Origin: Candidatus Komeilibacteria bacterium
Lineage (GTDB): Bacteria > Patescibacteriota > Patescibacteriia > UBA1558
DNA: 64,000 nt
Direction of reading: 5' to 3'
Assembly: GCA_048538275.1 (NCBI GenBank)
Contig: JBLYPW010000002.1
Span: 103,927-167,926 of the forward strand
The notes under the pieces were generated by a model that worked only from the letters and a program-made list of their open reading frames with translations, did no database searches and was not told the DNA's origin. Both the position numbers and the translations under genes were made by a program. Of the stretch, positions 37,674 through 47,917 are shown piece by piece. How positions within the stretch are numbered: the first letter of the stretch is position 1; each line of letters opens with the position of its first letter.

Positions 37674-38713
37674 TTCATTTTCCTAAAATATGGGGAGAGA
37701 AAAAGAGTTGGCGGCGGCGCGGTTATTATTTGTGGTTTATAGTGGTTTTGTTATTGGGCTTGGTTATTTATTTATTTAGTATGAGTATTATTCCAGCGGG
37801 TGGTTATGATTATGGTATAACATTTAGTGATACCTATGCTACTGAATTAGGGTTAGATTGGAAAGATACTTATATAAGTTTATTGGACGATTTAGAGTTT
37901 AAAAATTTACGTTTGATGACTTATTGGGATGAAATAGAGATGGTTCCTGGACAATTTAATTGGGAGAAAATAGATTGGCAAGTGCAACAAGCGGCTCAGC
38001 GCCAAGCTAATATCATCATGGTAGTGGGCAGGCGTCAGCCACGCTGGCCAGAATGTCATGACCCTGGTTGGTTGAATGAGCTGAGTGTTTGGGAACAACA
38101 CCAAGCAATAAATAATTTTGTTAAGGCCACTATAGAGCATTTTAAGACGGCCGATAATATCATTGCTTGGCAGGTGGATAATGAAGTTTTTTTAACTACC
38201 TTTGGCGATTGTCCGCTGATTAGCGCTAGTCAATACGAGCAAAGACTCAATTTGGTTAAAAGTTTGGATAGTCGTCCTATTATTAGTACAGAGAGTGGCG
38301 AATTGTCCACTTGGTGGCGCAGCGCTCGCTTAAATAATATATTGGGAGTGAGCGTGTATCGCAATACCTGGACCAAATGGTATGGTAAGTTTTATTATCC
38401 TTTGCCACCTTTTTATTATTATCTAAAAGCAAAATTATTGATGTGGCTGACGCCTTTGCAAAAGGTTTTTGTTTCAGAATTACAATTGGAACCATGGAGT
38501 GATATACCATTAGCGGAAATGGAATTAGCTGATCAGTTAGAGAGTATGAACATTGATACTTTTTGGAAAAATATTCGCTATGCTCAGCGTATAGGATTTT
38601 CTGATATTTATCTTTGGGGAGGGGAGTGGTGGTATTGGTTGAAAGTTAAACGTGGAGATGACAGTTTTTGGCAGGCGGCTAAGCAGGTATTAGATAATGA
38701 TAATAGAGATTAA
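37670..38713 (+). CDS. putative TIM-barrel glycoside hydrolase (GH5/GH113-like), membrane-anchored
   Basis: N-terminal TM; WQVDNEV (NE acid/base-like); aromatic-rich; tentative. Confidence 0.4.
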   Translation: MIHFPKIWGEKKSWRRRGYYLWFIVVLLLGLVIYLFSMSIIPAGGYDYGITFSDTYATELGLDWKDTYISLLDDLEFKNLRLMTYWDEIEMVPGQFNWEKIDWQVQQAAQRQANIIMVVGRRQPRWPECHDPGWLNELSVWEQHQAINNFVKATIEHFKTADNIIAWQVDNEVFLTTFGDCPLISASQYEQRLNLVKSLDSRPIISTESGELSTWWRSARLNNILGVSVYRNTWTKWYGKFYYPLPPFYYYLKAKLLMWLTPLQKVFVSELQLEPWSDIPLAEMELADQLESMNIDTFWKNIRYAQRIGFSDIYLWGGEWWYWLKVKRGDDSFWQAAKQVLDNDNRD

Positions 38714-38735
38714 TTAAAAAATAATAGAGTTTATT

Positions 38736-39587
38736 ATGAAAAGAATAAGTATAATAAAAGCAGATGGCAGTAAGCGCGCTTTTAGCTATAAGAAATTATT
38801 ACATTCAGTAGAACGAGCCGGAGCTAATAGAGAAACAGCCAAGCGAGTGGCTAAATCTGTTTTAGCGCAGTTGCCTCGGGAAATAAATACCAATCAGCTT
38901 TATGATTTAATATATAAAGAATTGCGCAGTACGCATAGACCGGCGGCGCAAGTTTATTCTTTACGCCGAGCTTTGGCTGATTTGCCGCCGGAAGTATGGG
39001 AGAAATATATTGCAAAATTGTTTTCTTATTATGGTTATATTACGACATGGAATGTGATAGTGCCGGGCGCTAGCGTAGAACATCAAGTGGATGTTATTGC
39101 AAAACGAGATGATAAAGTTTGGCTGATAGAATGTAAGCATCATTACGATTATCATCGCGACACCGGCTTGGGCGAAATTTTACAGGTACAAGCTAGATTA
39201 GAAGATGTGCAAGATGGGTATAAAATTGGTAAAAATAAATATGGTTTTACGGGTGCTTGGTTAGTAACTAATACAAAATTTTCTAATCATAATAAACGTT
39301 ATGCCGAAGCAAAAAAAATAAATTTAAGCGGTTGGCGTTATCCGGAGAAATATAGTTTAGAGCGCCTGATACAAGATAAGGCAGTTTATCCGCTTACTAT
39401 TCTTTCATTGGATAAGCAGAGTCGTCATTGGTTAATGAATAATAACATTCTTACCTTGCAAGACGTCTTAGCAAATGGCAATAAGATTATAAAAAATTTG
39501 GGTAAAGATAAGGCAGATCGCTTAGCTCGTCAAGTGCAGCATTTGTTGGATTTTGGTACAGAACAATCAGGCTGGACAAGATTGTAG
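38736..39587 (+). CDS. ATP-cone domain fused to an Mrr-like restriction endonuclease domain
   Basis: N-terminal IIKADGSKRAFSYKKLLHSVERAG (ATP-cone); central Mrr_cat-like D...E.K: VEHQVDVIAKRDDKVWLIECKHH. Confidence 0.65.
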   Translation: MKRISIIKADGSKRAFSYKKLLHSVERAGANRETAKRVAKSVLAQLPREINTNQLYDLIYKELRSTHRPAAQVYSLRRALADLPPEVWEKYIAKLFSYYGYITTWNVIVPGASVEHQVDVIAKRDDKVWLIECKHHYDYHRDTGLGEILQVQARLEDVQDGYKIGKNKYGFTGAWLVTNTKFSNHNKRYAEAKKINLSGWRYPEKYSLERLIQDKAVYPLTILSLDKQSRHWLMNNNILTLQDVLANGNKIIKNLGKDKADRLARQVQHLLDFGTEQSGWTRL

Positions 39588-39677
39588 TTTTTCGTTAAAC
39601 TACTGTCGTTATGTTTCTGATTTTTAGATTATATAGCATAAATTGATGTCTGGTTCTGACTACGGCGTGACAAGTTA

Positions 39678-39698
39678 TAATATATCGGGCTGTAGCGC
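39678..39698 (+). repeat. duplicated 5' end of tRNA-Pro (acceptor plus D-stem, with 8 nt of upstream flank), direct repeat of 39807-39827
   Basis: taatatatcgggctgtagcgc identical at both sites. Confidence 0.8.
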
Positions 39699-39733
39699 CC
39701 CGTACAACTCAATTCTTTCGTTTACGGGGCAAG
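39699..39733 (+). other. 35-nt hairpin module CCCG-N21-ACGGGGC (same architecture as 18725-18759)
   Basis: cccgta...tacgggg stem; ACGGGGC heptamer at offset 26-32 in both modules. Confidence 0.6.
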
Positions 39734-39814
39734 CAGTTTTAGCCACAGGCTAATTAACTTCTGGCCAAGACTAGCACCAAGGTTATTTTTTTGATAGAAG
39801 AATATTTAATATAT

Positions 39815-39891
39815 CGGGCTGTAGCGCAGTTGGCTAGCGCGCCACGTTCGGGACGTGGAGGTCGGAGGTTCAAGTCCTCTCAGCCCGACCA
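39815..39891 (+). tRNA. tRNA-Pro (anticodon CGG)
   Basis: acceptor CGGGCTG/CAGCCCG; anticodon stem CCACG/CGTGG with loop UUCGGGA; T-loop TTCAAGT. Confidence 0.85.
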
Positions 39892-39978
39892 TAAAATTTT
39901 TTCACTATAAGATTTTATGGATAATTATTTTCAAATAAAGCTAAATATTTTAAGTATCTATTATTTTAATATTGTAAT

Positions 39979-40404
39979 ATGTTAAAGAACGTATCAATAG
40001 TAGTAATAATCATTTTAGTCATTATAGCCGCGTGGTGGTATTGGTTTGATAACTCAGTCGTATCTCCGCCGCTTCAAGAAGAGCCTGCTGTTGTTATATT
40101 AGATGATTTGCGAGCTGGAGATGTGATCAGTAGTCCATTAACTTTTCATGGTCAGGCACGGGGTTGGTGGTTTTTTGAAGCCAGCTTCCCGGTACATATA
40201 TTGGATGATAAAGATAATATTATAGCTACCGGTTTAGCTACGGCTAGTAGTGATTGGATGACTGAGGATTATGTTCCTTTTACCGCTCAGATAAAATTTA
40301 CTGTCCCGCCAGGAGTAAAAGGCACATTGGTATTACAAAAAGATAATCCTTCCGGTTTACCAGAACATGATGCCAGTATCATTCTACCAATAAAATTTAA
40401 GTAG
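39979..40404 (+). CDS. hypothetical secreted protein (Gmad2/Ig-like domain possible)
   Basis: N-terminal TM or signal; beta-rich C-terminus; tentative. Confidence 0.4.
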   Translation: MLKNVSIVVIIILVIIAAWWYWFDNSVVSPPLQEEPAVVILDDLRAGDVISSPLTFHGQARGWWFFEASFPVHILDDKDNIIATGLATASSDWMTEDYVPFTAQIKFTVPPGVKGTLVLQKDNPSGLPEHDASIILPIKFK

Positions 40405-40405
40405 T

Positions 40406-40708
40406 ATGGCTTTTATTCGTCAGAAAGAGGATTTTGTTTGTACTCACTGTGGTCAGTCGGTAACCGGTGATGGCTATACCAATCATTGTCCGCATTGCTT
40501 ATATTCCCGCCACGTAGATATAGAGCCGGGGGATAGAGCAGCCGTTTGCAATGGCATGATGGCGCCGTTTGATTGGGAACAGCAAGGCAAGGAAATTGTT
40601 ATTATCCATCGTTGTGAAAAATGCGGTTTAATTCGACGCAATCGTCTGCAAGCGGGGGATAACCAAGAAATCATATTAGAACTTAGTCAGCGCAAGAGCA
40701 GAGAGTAA
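40406..40708 (+). CDS. RNHCP-domain protein (zinc-ribbon)
   Basis: CTHCG...YTNHCPHCLYSRH...CEKCG; contains the literal NHCP motif. Confidence 0.65.
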   Translation: MAFIRQKEDFVCTHCGQSVTGDGYTNHCPHCLYSRHVDIEPGDRAAVCNGMMAPFDWEQQGKEIVIIHRCEKCGLIRRNRLQAGDNQEIILELSQRKSRE

Positions 40709-40769
40709 TTAGTTTTGAGGTATAAAAAAACCCCTACCAAGTTAATCTCAATAGGGGGTTTGGTTGTTT

Positions 40770-41060
40770 TTAGCCAGCAATACGCTGGCTTAATTTTTTT
40801 CCAATCAAGACGATAATTGATGCGAGAAGCCACACCGCTGTTATCGCAAATATTGGGTATTGTTCAAGATTTTTGATAATGGCACCCGCTGTGCCGTGGC
40901 TTGCTGCGTAGGAGAATAGAAGCGCCGTGTAAAACGTTATTGTAAGTAACATCCCCCACGCCATGCTTTCGCACATACTTTTCATTTTAAGTCCTTCCTG
41001 GTTTTTATTGGTCTTTTTAGAGGATGTAAATATGATAGCATATATATTATATTTTGTCAA
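40770..41060 (-). CDS. small hypothetical membrane protein
   Basis: two hydrophobic helices. Confidence 0.4.
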   Translation of the reverse strand: MTKYNIYAIIFTSSKKTNKNQEGLKMKSMCESMAWGMLLTITFYTALLFSYAASHGTAGAIIKNLEQYPIFAITAVWLLASIIVLIGKKLSQRIAG

Positions 41061-41304
41061 TAGGTGTTGTAAATTTTTGGCTAAAATTAGGCAATAAATT
41101 TTATATCATTATTTTATTAGTAATAAATCATTTTTTTATATATTTGTTTGGCCTTAAGACAATGCCTAAATTGAATTATGATGAAGGTAAACAGCTTAAT
41201 CATAATTGGAAATCAGTTGCCGTTCAAACGCCAACTTATCGATCAGATACGGAAGACCATGACGCATGATCTTCTCGTGTCGTAAAAGAGGGTATAATAT
41301 TAAT

Positions 41305-42303
41305 CTATATCCTCTTTCTTTTTTTTAGTATAATTTTAGCTGGACAGCTAGAATTTATTTGAGAAGATTTAGAGATTATTTCTAGCAGTGCCAGGTGTTC
41401 ATTATTTAGTAGCTTTAAACTGTTTGTCAAGAGTGATAATATTGCAAGAGCTTTGTTTCGCAGTGTAGATGATGGGTATCTTAGTATATCTGATGAGAGA
41501 ATATCAAATAGTTTAGATTTCTCAGTATTAGGTAGATTTGTAACTAGTGGTATTAGTTGTAATAGTATAATATTTTTCTCTTTTTCTGATCCAGTAGTAA
41601 GATTTTTCAGTAATTTTTTAAATAGTATAGAATCCTTTTTTACCCAGCTCATAGCATATAATTCCTCATAGGTGTAGTTATTTTCATTATCACGATTAAG
41701 TAAATTATTATCTGTATCCTCCATTATCTGGTTGATTTTTTTTTCGATTTTGTATAATTGTCTATTCTGTGAAAATAACATTCCATCAATTTTTATATAT
41801 TTTATATTTACATTTGATTTTTCAAATAGAAGTTCAGATAATTTTTCATGCTTCTTTATAATAGAATTTAGTTTATTATTTTGGTTTGAAGATTGTTTTT
41901 TTGGGCCTATCATTTGAAGTAGTTTAGGATTTTTGGTTATATCTATATTGATTACAGTATGTCCCTTATCTGGATAATAAGGATTCATTGTAGAACACAC
42001 AATCCAATTATTCTTTTCTAATTCATGAATTATTTTTTTTATAATAAATCTAAATTCTTTTGTGTTATATTTATTACCTAAATAGTATCCAACAATTTTT
42101 GGATTGTTTTCTAAAATAGGTAGAGATGATCCGCTATATGACCACAATTCAATGTCTTTGAGAGTGTATTTCATGCAATTATTATAACATAAATTGGGCT
42201 TATTTATATAATTATAACCTTGGTGAGTGTTCACGTAGAAAATAGGGTATTTTAGAACCATTTTTTTGTAAGATTTATATTTATTACAATCTATTCTTGA
42301 CAA
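41305..42303 (-). CDS. hypothetical protein (AT-rich orphan, 332 aa)
   Basis: long ORF with strongly AT-biased codons; no recognisable motif. Confidence 0.45.
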   Translation of the reverse strand: MSRIDCNKYKSYKKMVLKYPIFYVNTHQGYNYINKPNLCYNNCMKYTLKDIELWSYSGSSLPILENNPKIVGYYLGNKYNTKEFRFIIKKIIHELEKNNWIVCSTMNPYYPDKGHTVINIDITKNPKLLQMIGPKKQSSNQNNKLNSIIKKHEKLSELLFEKSNVNIKYIKIDGMLFSQNRQLYKIEKKINQIMEDTDNNLLNRDNENNYTYEELYAMSWVKKDSILFKKLLKNLTTGSEKEKNIILLQLIPLVTNLPNTEKSKLFDILSSDILRYPSSTLRNKALAILSLLTNSLKLLNNEHLALLEIISKSSQINSSCPAKIILKKRKRI

Positions 42304-42328
42304 TATTTTAGAAACTACTATAATGGAA

Positions 42329-42355
42329 TTAGCACTCTTGAATGGAGAGTGCTAA
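42329..42355 (+). promoter_or_regulatory. CIRCE operator (HrcA binding site)
   Basis: TTAGCACTC-N9-GAGTGCTAA perfect consensus immediately upstream of hrcA. Confidence 0.9.
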
Positions 42356-42366
42356 TAGGAAAACTT

Positions 42367-43074
42367 ATGACTTTAAATAGCAGACAAGAAAAATTACTGT
42401 ATTCTATTATTGATCAGTATGTTAAAACCGCAGAGCCGGTTGGTTCCAAACCTTTAGTAGATAGCGGTAAATTTTCGGTTTCACCAGCCACTATTCGTAA
42501 TGAAATGGCCGAATTGGAGAAAAATGGCTTAGTTTGCCAACCGTACACTTCTGCTGGTCGCATTCCCACCGAAGCTGGATTTCGTTATTATTTAGAGCAG
42601 AAATTACAGTCTGGCAAATTAGCTCAAGCAGATATAAAGCGATTGCAAAAATATTTAAATAAATTGAATGATGAACAGTTAGAAATTGTTATTAAACAAA
42701 GTGCTAAAGAGGTGGCGACTATGGTCAATGCCGCCGTAATTGCCGCTTTTGGACCAGGACAAGTTTATTTTACTGGTATCAGCAATGTTTTTAAACAACC
42801 TGAATTTTATCGTCCGGATATGATTATAAATATTAGTAGAGTGATTGATCATTTGGATCAAGTATTGCTAAGCTTATTGGACGCCATTGATAATACTCAG
42901 GTATTTATAGGTAGCGACAATCCTTTTGGTGAAGACACGGGTGCTATAATTAGCTCTTATCAGTATGATGATGAGCATAAAGGCTTATTTGGTATTTTAG
43001 GTCCGATACGCATGGATTATCAACGTAATTTTAATATTGTTAATTATTTAACCAAGCAAATATCTCATGTCTAA
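42367..43074 (+). CDS. hrcA: heat-inducible transcription repressor HrcA
   Basis: MTLNSRQEKLLYSIIDQYVKTAEPVGSK N-terminus; start placed after CIRCE. Confidence 0.85.
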   Translation: MTLNSRQEKLLYSIIDQYVKTAEPVGSKPLVDSGKFSVSPATIRNEMAELEKNGLVCQPYTSAGRIPTEAGFRYYLEQKLQSGKLAQADIKRLQKYLNKLNDEQLEIVIKQSAKEVATMVNAAVIAAFGPGQVYFTGISNVFKQPEFYRPDMIINISRVIDHLDQVLLSLLDAIDNTQVFIGSDNPFGEDTGAIISSYQYDDEHKGLFGILGPIRMDYQRNFNIVNYLTKQISHV

Positions 43075-43552
43075 GAAAACAGCGGCTGATGGCAAATTGA
43101 TTGAAGAATTGCAAGCCAAAGTGGCCGAATATCAACAGGGCTGGCAACGGGCCCGTGCCGACTATGAAAATTTACAAAAAGAAACGACACAATGGAAAGA
43201 ATCATTCGGTCAATACGCGCAACGTACATTACTACAAGAATTATTACCGGTAATAAACCATTATGAATTAGCATTACAGCATATACCGGTAGAACAAAAA
43301 GAGGCTGATTGGATAAAAGGCATATATCATATTCATAAACAGCTGCAAGATTTTATGACTAAGATGGGTATGACTAAAATTGATACGGTGGGACAACCTT
43401 TTGATCATCAATGGCATGAGGCGGTTGGTGAAGATCAAGATGAGAATCAGCCGGACGGTATTATTTTAAAAGAAATGCAGGTTGGTTGGCGACAAGGAGA
43501 TAATGTTTTACAGCCAGCCAAAGTCATAGTAAATAATTTAGAAAAAAAATAA
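43067..43552 (+). CDS. grpE: nucleotide exchange factor GrpE
   Basis: coiled-coil N-terminus; position between hrcA and dnaK; C-terminal beta domain. Confidence 0.8.
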   Translation: MSKKTAADGKLIEELQAKVAEYQQGWQRARADYENLQKETTQWKESFGQYAQRTLLQELLPVINHYELALQHIPVEQKEADWIKGIYHIHKQLQDFMTKMGMTKIDTVGQPFDHQWHEAVGEDQDENQPDGIILKEMQVGWRQGDNVLQPAKVIVNNLEKK

Positions 43553-43611
43553 TTAACTCATCCGTGCTGGCAAAATAAGCTGCACGAGATGATATAAAGG
43601 AGATAAATAAT

Positions 43612-44043
43612 ATGTCAATTATTCGTTGGACACCAATGCTGGATCCATTTGAGGAAATGGATAATATGTTGAGCCGCTTTAATCCTAGTGGTTTTAGCAA
43701 TGCTTTTGTACCGGCGATGGACGTCTATCAGACGGATAAAAGTGTAGTGGCAAAAGTGGCTTTACCAGGCATTGATCCTAAAGACGTAAAGATTTCCATT
43801 GCCAATGACGTATTAACCGTTGAAGGAAGCGCGCAAAAGGAAACAGAAGTAGATGAGGCGGATTATTATCGTAAGGAAGTGCGTTGCGGTTCTTTTCATC
43901 GTAGCGTGGCATTACCAGCCGCCGTTGACGGCGACAAAGCTAAGGCTGTTTATGAAGATGGCGTATTGAAGATTGATGTGCCCAAGGAAGAAAGGGTACA
44001 GCCTAAAGCCGTAAAAATTGAAGTAAAAAATAAAAAGAAATAA
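43612..44043 (+). CDS. small heat shock protein (Hsp20/alpha-crystallin)
   Basis: alpha-crystallin domain pattern D..V.A.LPG....I.I......L.V.G; GAGGA-type RBS. Confidence 0.8.
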   Translation: MSIIRWTPMLDPFEEMDNMLSRFNPSGFSNAFVPAMDVYQTDKSVVAKVALPGIDPKDVKISIANDVLTVEGSAQKETEVDEADYYRKEVRCGSFHRSVALPAAVDGDKAKAVYEDGVLKIDVPKEERVQPKAVKIEVKNKKK

Positions 44044-44116
44044 ATTATTATTTGTTTAGCGGGTTATCAATCTAAAGTTGATAGCTCGCAATCAGCTAAT
44101 AATGTAAATAAAGTGT

Positions 44117-44440
44117 ATGGATTTTAATAAACGTTCCATTCGTTTGGTCCAGCAATGTCCAGTCTGTAATCGCCAATATCAGGAGAATCGTGTACAGATC
44201 ATTGCGGAGGACAATAATACTTTTTTGGCTTATATGACTTGTCATTTTTGTCAGTCCAATATTATTGTCCGGGTTTTTAGCTTGCCGCAGGGACTGGTTG
44301 GAAGCGCCATCTTGACCGATTTAGCGCCCACGGAAGTTCTACACTTTATGAATCAGAGCGTTGTTTCTGCAAATGATGTTTTGGCGGTACATCAATTGAC
44401 TAGGAATGGACGACTGTGGACATTATTGCGACAAAGTTAG
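44117..44440 (+). CDS. hypothetical zinc-ribbon protein
   Basis: CPVC...CHFC cysteine pairs. Confidence 0.4.
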   Translation: MDFNKRSIRLVQQCPVCNRQYQENRVQIIAEDNNTFLAYMTCHFCQSNIIVRVFSLPQGLVGSAILTDLAPTEVLHFMNQSVVSANDVLAVHQLTRNGRLWTLLRQS

Positions 44441-44478
44441 TTTTCAATTACTAATAATTAAATTTTAATAGAAATAAT

Positions 44479-46410
44479 ATGAGTAAAATATTAGGCATTG
44501 ACTTGGGTACAACCAACTCAGCCATGGCCATCATAGAGGGTGGACAACCCAAGATTTTGGAAAATGGTGAAGGTAATCGCACCACACCGTCAATGGTGGC
44601 GGTCAATAAGAATAATGAACGTTTGGTGGGCCTTTCCGCGAAGCGTCAAGCTGTTATCAACCCTAATAATACTTTATTTTCAATTAAACGTTTGATTGGC
44701 CGTCGTTTTGACGAGCCAGAAGTGCAAGAGGACGTTAAAACCATGCCTTATAAAATCAAACAGGCAGGCGAAGGTATCAAAATTACTATGGGTGACAAGG
44801 ATTATTCGCCACAGGAAATATCTGCTATGATTTTGCAAAAGTTAAAAAGTGATGCAGAATCAAAATTAGGTGAAAAAATTACTGAGGCGGTTATTACCGT
44901 GCCGGCTTATTTTGACGACTCACAACGCCAAGCTACCAAAGATGCAGGTGAGATTGCTGGTTTAAAAGTGAAGCGTATTATCAATGAGCCTACCGCAGCT
45001 GCTTTAGCTTATGGTTTTGACAAAAAGAAAGATCAACAAATCGCGGTTTATGATTTAGGCGGTGGTACATTTGATATTTCTATTTTGGAGGTGGCTAGTG
45101 ATACGGTGGAAGTAAAGTCTACCAACGGTGATACTCATTTGGGTGGGGATGATTTTGATCAACGTATCATTCAATGGTTGATAGACGAATTTAAAAAAGA
45201 TCAGGGTATTGATTTATCTGGTGACCAAACTGCTTTGCAACGTCTCAAAGAATCTGCGGAGAAAGCTAAAATTGAATTGTCTACTCAGTCGGAAACTGAA
45301 ATTAATCAGCCCTTCATTACCACCGACGCCAATGGTCCAAAACATTTGGTTATTAAAATGACTAGAGCAAAGCTGGAAGAGCTAGTTGGTAATTTAGTTA
45401 AAAAAACTTTAGAGCCTGTAGAAAAAGCTATTAGTGATGCTGGTTTTAAGAAAGATGACATTGATGAAATTATCATGGTTGGTGGTATGACTCGTATGCC
45501 CTTGGTACAAAAGATAGTGGAAGAGTATTTTGGTAAGAAACCTAATATTTCTATGAATCCCGATGAGGTGGTGGCAATGGGTGCGGCTGTACAAGCTGGA
45601 GTTTTGCAGGGTGATGTAAAGGATGTGTTGTTATTGGATGTTACTCCTTTGACTTTAGGCATTGAAACTTTGGGTGGTGTAGCTACTCCTTTGATCGAGC
45701 GTAATACAACTATCCCAACATCTAAGTCTCAGATTTTTTCTACCGCGGCCGATAATCAAACTTCTGTAGAGATTCACGTGGTGCAGGGGGAGCGCCCCAT
45801 GGTACAGGATAATAAGTCCTTGGGCCGCTTTATTCTATCCGGTATTCCGCCATCACCACGAGGAGTGCCACAGGTAGAAGTTACTTTTGATTTGGATGCT
45901 AACGGTATATTGAATGTGAAGGCACAAGACAAAGCAACCGGTAAGGAGCAATCCATTACCATCACCGCTTCATCTGGTTTATCCAAAGATGAGGTAGAGA
46001 AAATGAAAAAAGAAGCAGAGGCTCACGCAGATGAGGATAAGAAAAAGAAGGAAAGTATAGAGATAAAGAACAATGCTGATGCCGTTATCTTTAATACCGA
46101 AAATATTCTTAAGGAAAATGGTGATAAGGTGCCAGAGGACATCAAAAAAGAAGTTACGGAAAAATTGGAAGCTTTGAAAAAAGTGAAGGACGGTGAGGAC
46201 ATAGAAGCTATCAAAAAGGCTTTGGAAGAAGTGAATCAGACAGTTAGTAAGATTGGTCAGGCCATGTATAAAGATCAGGCGGCGGCCGGCGCTCAAGCCG
46301 GTGCTGGTGATCAGGCACAGGCTGAGCAAAAAGATGATCAATCAGCTGATGATAAGCAGGAAACCGTGGAAGGCGAGTATGAAGAGGTAAAAGAGGAACC
46401 GAGTAAATAA
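44479..46410 (+). CDS. dnaK: molecular chaperone DnaK (Hsp70)
   Basis: [10 protein letters not shown]; DLGGGTFD; canonical Hsp70 throughout. Confidence 0.95.
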   Translation: MSKILGIDLGTTNSAMAIIEGGQPKILENGEGNRTTPSMVAVNKNNERLVGLSAKRQAVINPNNTLFSIKRLIGRRFDEPEVQEDVKTMPYKIKQAGEGIKITMGDKDYSPQEISAMILQKLKSDAESKLGEKITEAVITVPAYFDDSQRQATKDAGEIAGLKVKRIINEPTAAALAYGFDKKKDQQIAVYDLGGGTFDISILEVASDTVEVKSTNGDTHLGGDDFDQRIIQWLIDEFKKDQGIDLSGDQTALQRLKESAEKAKIELSTQSETEINQPFITTDANGPKHLVIKMTRAKLEELVGNLVKKTLEPVEKAISDAGFKKDDIDEIIMVGGMTRMPLVQKIVEEYFGKKPNISMNPDEVVAMGAAVQAGVLQGDVKDVLLLDVTPLTLGIETLGGVATPLIERNTTIPTSKSQIFSTAADNQTSVEIHVVQGERPMVQDNKSLGRFILSGIPPSPRGVPQVEVTFDLDANGILNVKAQDKATGKEQSITITASSGLSKDEVEKMKKEAEAHADEDKKKKESIEIKNNADAVIFNTENILKENGDKVPEDIKKEVTEKLEALKKVKDGEDIEAIKKALEEVNQTVSKIGQAMYKDQAAAGAQAGAGDQAQAEQKDDQSADDKQETVEGEYEEVKEEPSK

Positions 46411-46495
46411 TTGATATTTTGAGAAGGGCGGTAGTGAGCTGTTAATGTGGCGGCTGCCGCCTTAGTGTTTATTTAATTATTGATTAGTCAAATTT

Positions 46496-46795
46496 ATGAC
46501 AGATAATAAAGCGACGCAATCAGCTGAAATAAAAATAGCTGACAATATTGCCGGAGCTGAATATACCAATGCCATGCAGGTGCGACACAATCAAGATGAA
46601 TTTCATATGATTTTTATGAATGTAGTGCCACCAGCTGGCCGAGTAGCTAGTAAAATCGTGACTACTCCCGGGCATATGAAACGGATAGCAGCTGCTTTGC
46701 AGGACAATATAAAAAAATATGAAGAACAGTTTGGAGTTATTAGTGAAGCGCAGGCACCGACTGATTTGGGTTTTAGTGATCGCAAACAAAAATAA
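46496..46795 (+). CDS. hypothetical protein (DUF3467-like) inserted between dnaK and dnaJ
   Basis: 99-aa ORF; family assignment tentative. Confidence 0.45.
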   Translation: MTDNKATQSAEIKIADNIAGAEYTNAMQVRHNQDEFHMIFMNVVPPAGRVASKIVTTPGHMKRIAAALQDNIKKYEEQFGVISEAQAPTDLGFSDRKQK

Positions 46796-46798
46796 ATT

Positions 46799-47917
46799 AT
46801 GGCCAAAGATTATTATAAAATTTTAGGCGTTGATAAAACCGCTAGTAAAGAGGAAATAAAAAAAGCTTTCCGTAAATTAGCGCATGAGCATCATCCTGAC
46901 AAAGGCAATGGCAATGATGCGAAGTTTAAAGAAATTAACGAGGCTTACCAAGTATTATCTAATGATGATAAAAGACGGCAATATGACCAGTTTGGTAGTG
47001 GCGGTCCTTTTGGTTTTGATGGTGGGCGAGCAGGTGCTGGCCAGGCCGGGGGTATGAATTGGCAAGATTTTGCTAGGCAGCAGCAGGCTGGGGGAGGAGG
47101 TTTTGATTTTGGTGATTTGGGTGATATTTTTGGTAGTTGGGGAGATATTTTTGGTTTTGGTGCTGGTAGTCGCGGACATGCTGGGCCGCAACACGGTCAC
47201 GATATTGAAGCACGATTGCGAGTTAGTTTTGCTGAGGCCTATCATGGAGTGGAGAAAGTTTTGCCATTAAAACGTCGGGTAAAATGTGAACATTGTCATG
47301 GTAATGGCGCTGAACCAGGTAGCAAAATATCAACCTGTAGTACATGTCAGGGTAAAGGCAGGGTGCAGCGCGTACAACAAAGTATTTTTGGTCAGATTGC
47401 TAGTACTGTTATTTGTCCGGATTGTCAGGGTGCTGGTGAACGAGCCGAAAAACCTTGCAGCAAATGTCAGGGCATTGGCGTACAAGATAAGCAGGAGACT
47501 ATCAAGGTAAAAGTTCCGGCAGGTATAGATAATGGTCAAACTATAAAATTAACTGGTCAGGGTGAGGCCGGAAGCAAGGGGGCGCCTAGCGGTGATTTGT
47601 ATATGACTATTGTGGTAGAGCCGGATAAAGTTTGGCGTCGGGATGGTGATGATTTGTATACCATAAAAAATATTTCATTGACGCAGGCTACTTTAGGAGA
47701 TAAGGTAGTTATCGTGACCATGGATGGTAAGGTAAACTTGAAAATACCGGCCGGCACAGTGGCGGGAAAGCGATTTATGATCAAAGGCAAGGGCATGCCC
47801 AAATTGCATGGGCGTGGTCAAGGTAATTTGTATGTGGAAATAAAGATAAATATACCTGATAAGTTGAGTCGTGAACAAAAGAAATTATTAGAAAAATTAA
47901 GAGAAACAGGATTATAG
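46799..47917 (+). CDS. dnaJ: molecular chaperone DnaJ
   Basis: J-domain HPD (HHPDKG); G/F-rich region; four CxxCxGxG repeats. Confidence 0.95.
   Translation: MAKDYYKILGVDKTASKEEIKKAFRKLAHEHHPDKGNGNDAKFKEINEAYQVLSNDDKRRQYDQFGSGGPFGFDGGRAGAGQAGGMNWQDFARQQQAGGGGFDFGDLGDIFGSWGDIFGFGAGSRGHAGPQHGHDIEARLRVSFAEAYHGVEKVLPLKRRVKCEHCHGNGAEPGSKISTCSTCQGKGRVQRVQQSIFGQIASTVICPDCQGAGERAEKPCSKCQGIGVQDKQETIKVKVPAGIDNGQTIKLTGQGEAGSKGAPSGDLYMTIVVEPDKVWRRDGDDLYTIKNISLTQATLGDKVVIVTMDGKVNLKIPAGTVAGKRFMIKGKGMPKLHGRGQGNLYVEIKINIPDKLSREQKKLLEKLRETGL

Noticed and set aside
41054-41269. 71-aa ORF between the small membrane protein and the AT-rich orphan
   Set aside because: It is mostly low-complexity hydrophobic sequence read from AT-rich DNA. 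Only a short C-terminal piece could be real, and there is no supporting signal.
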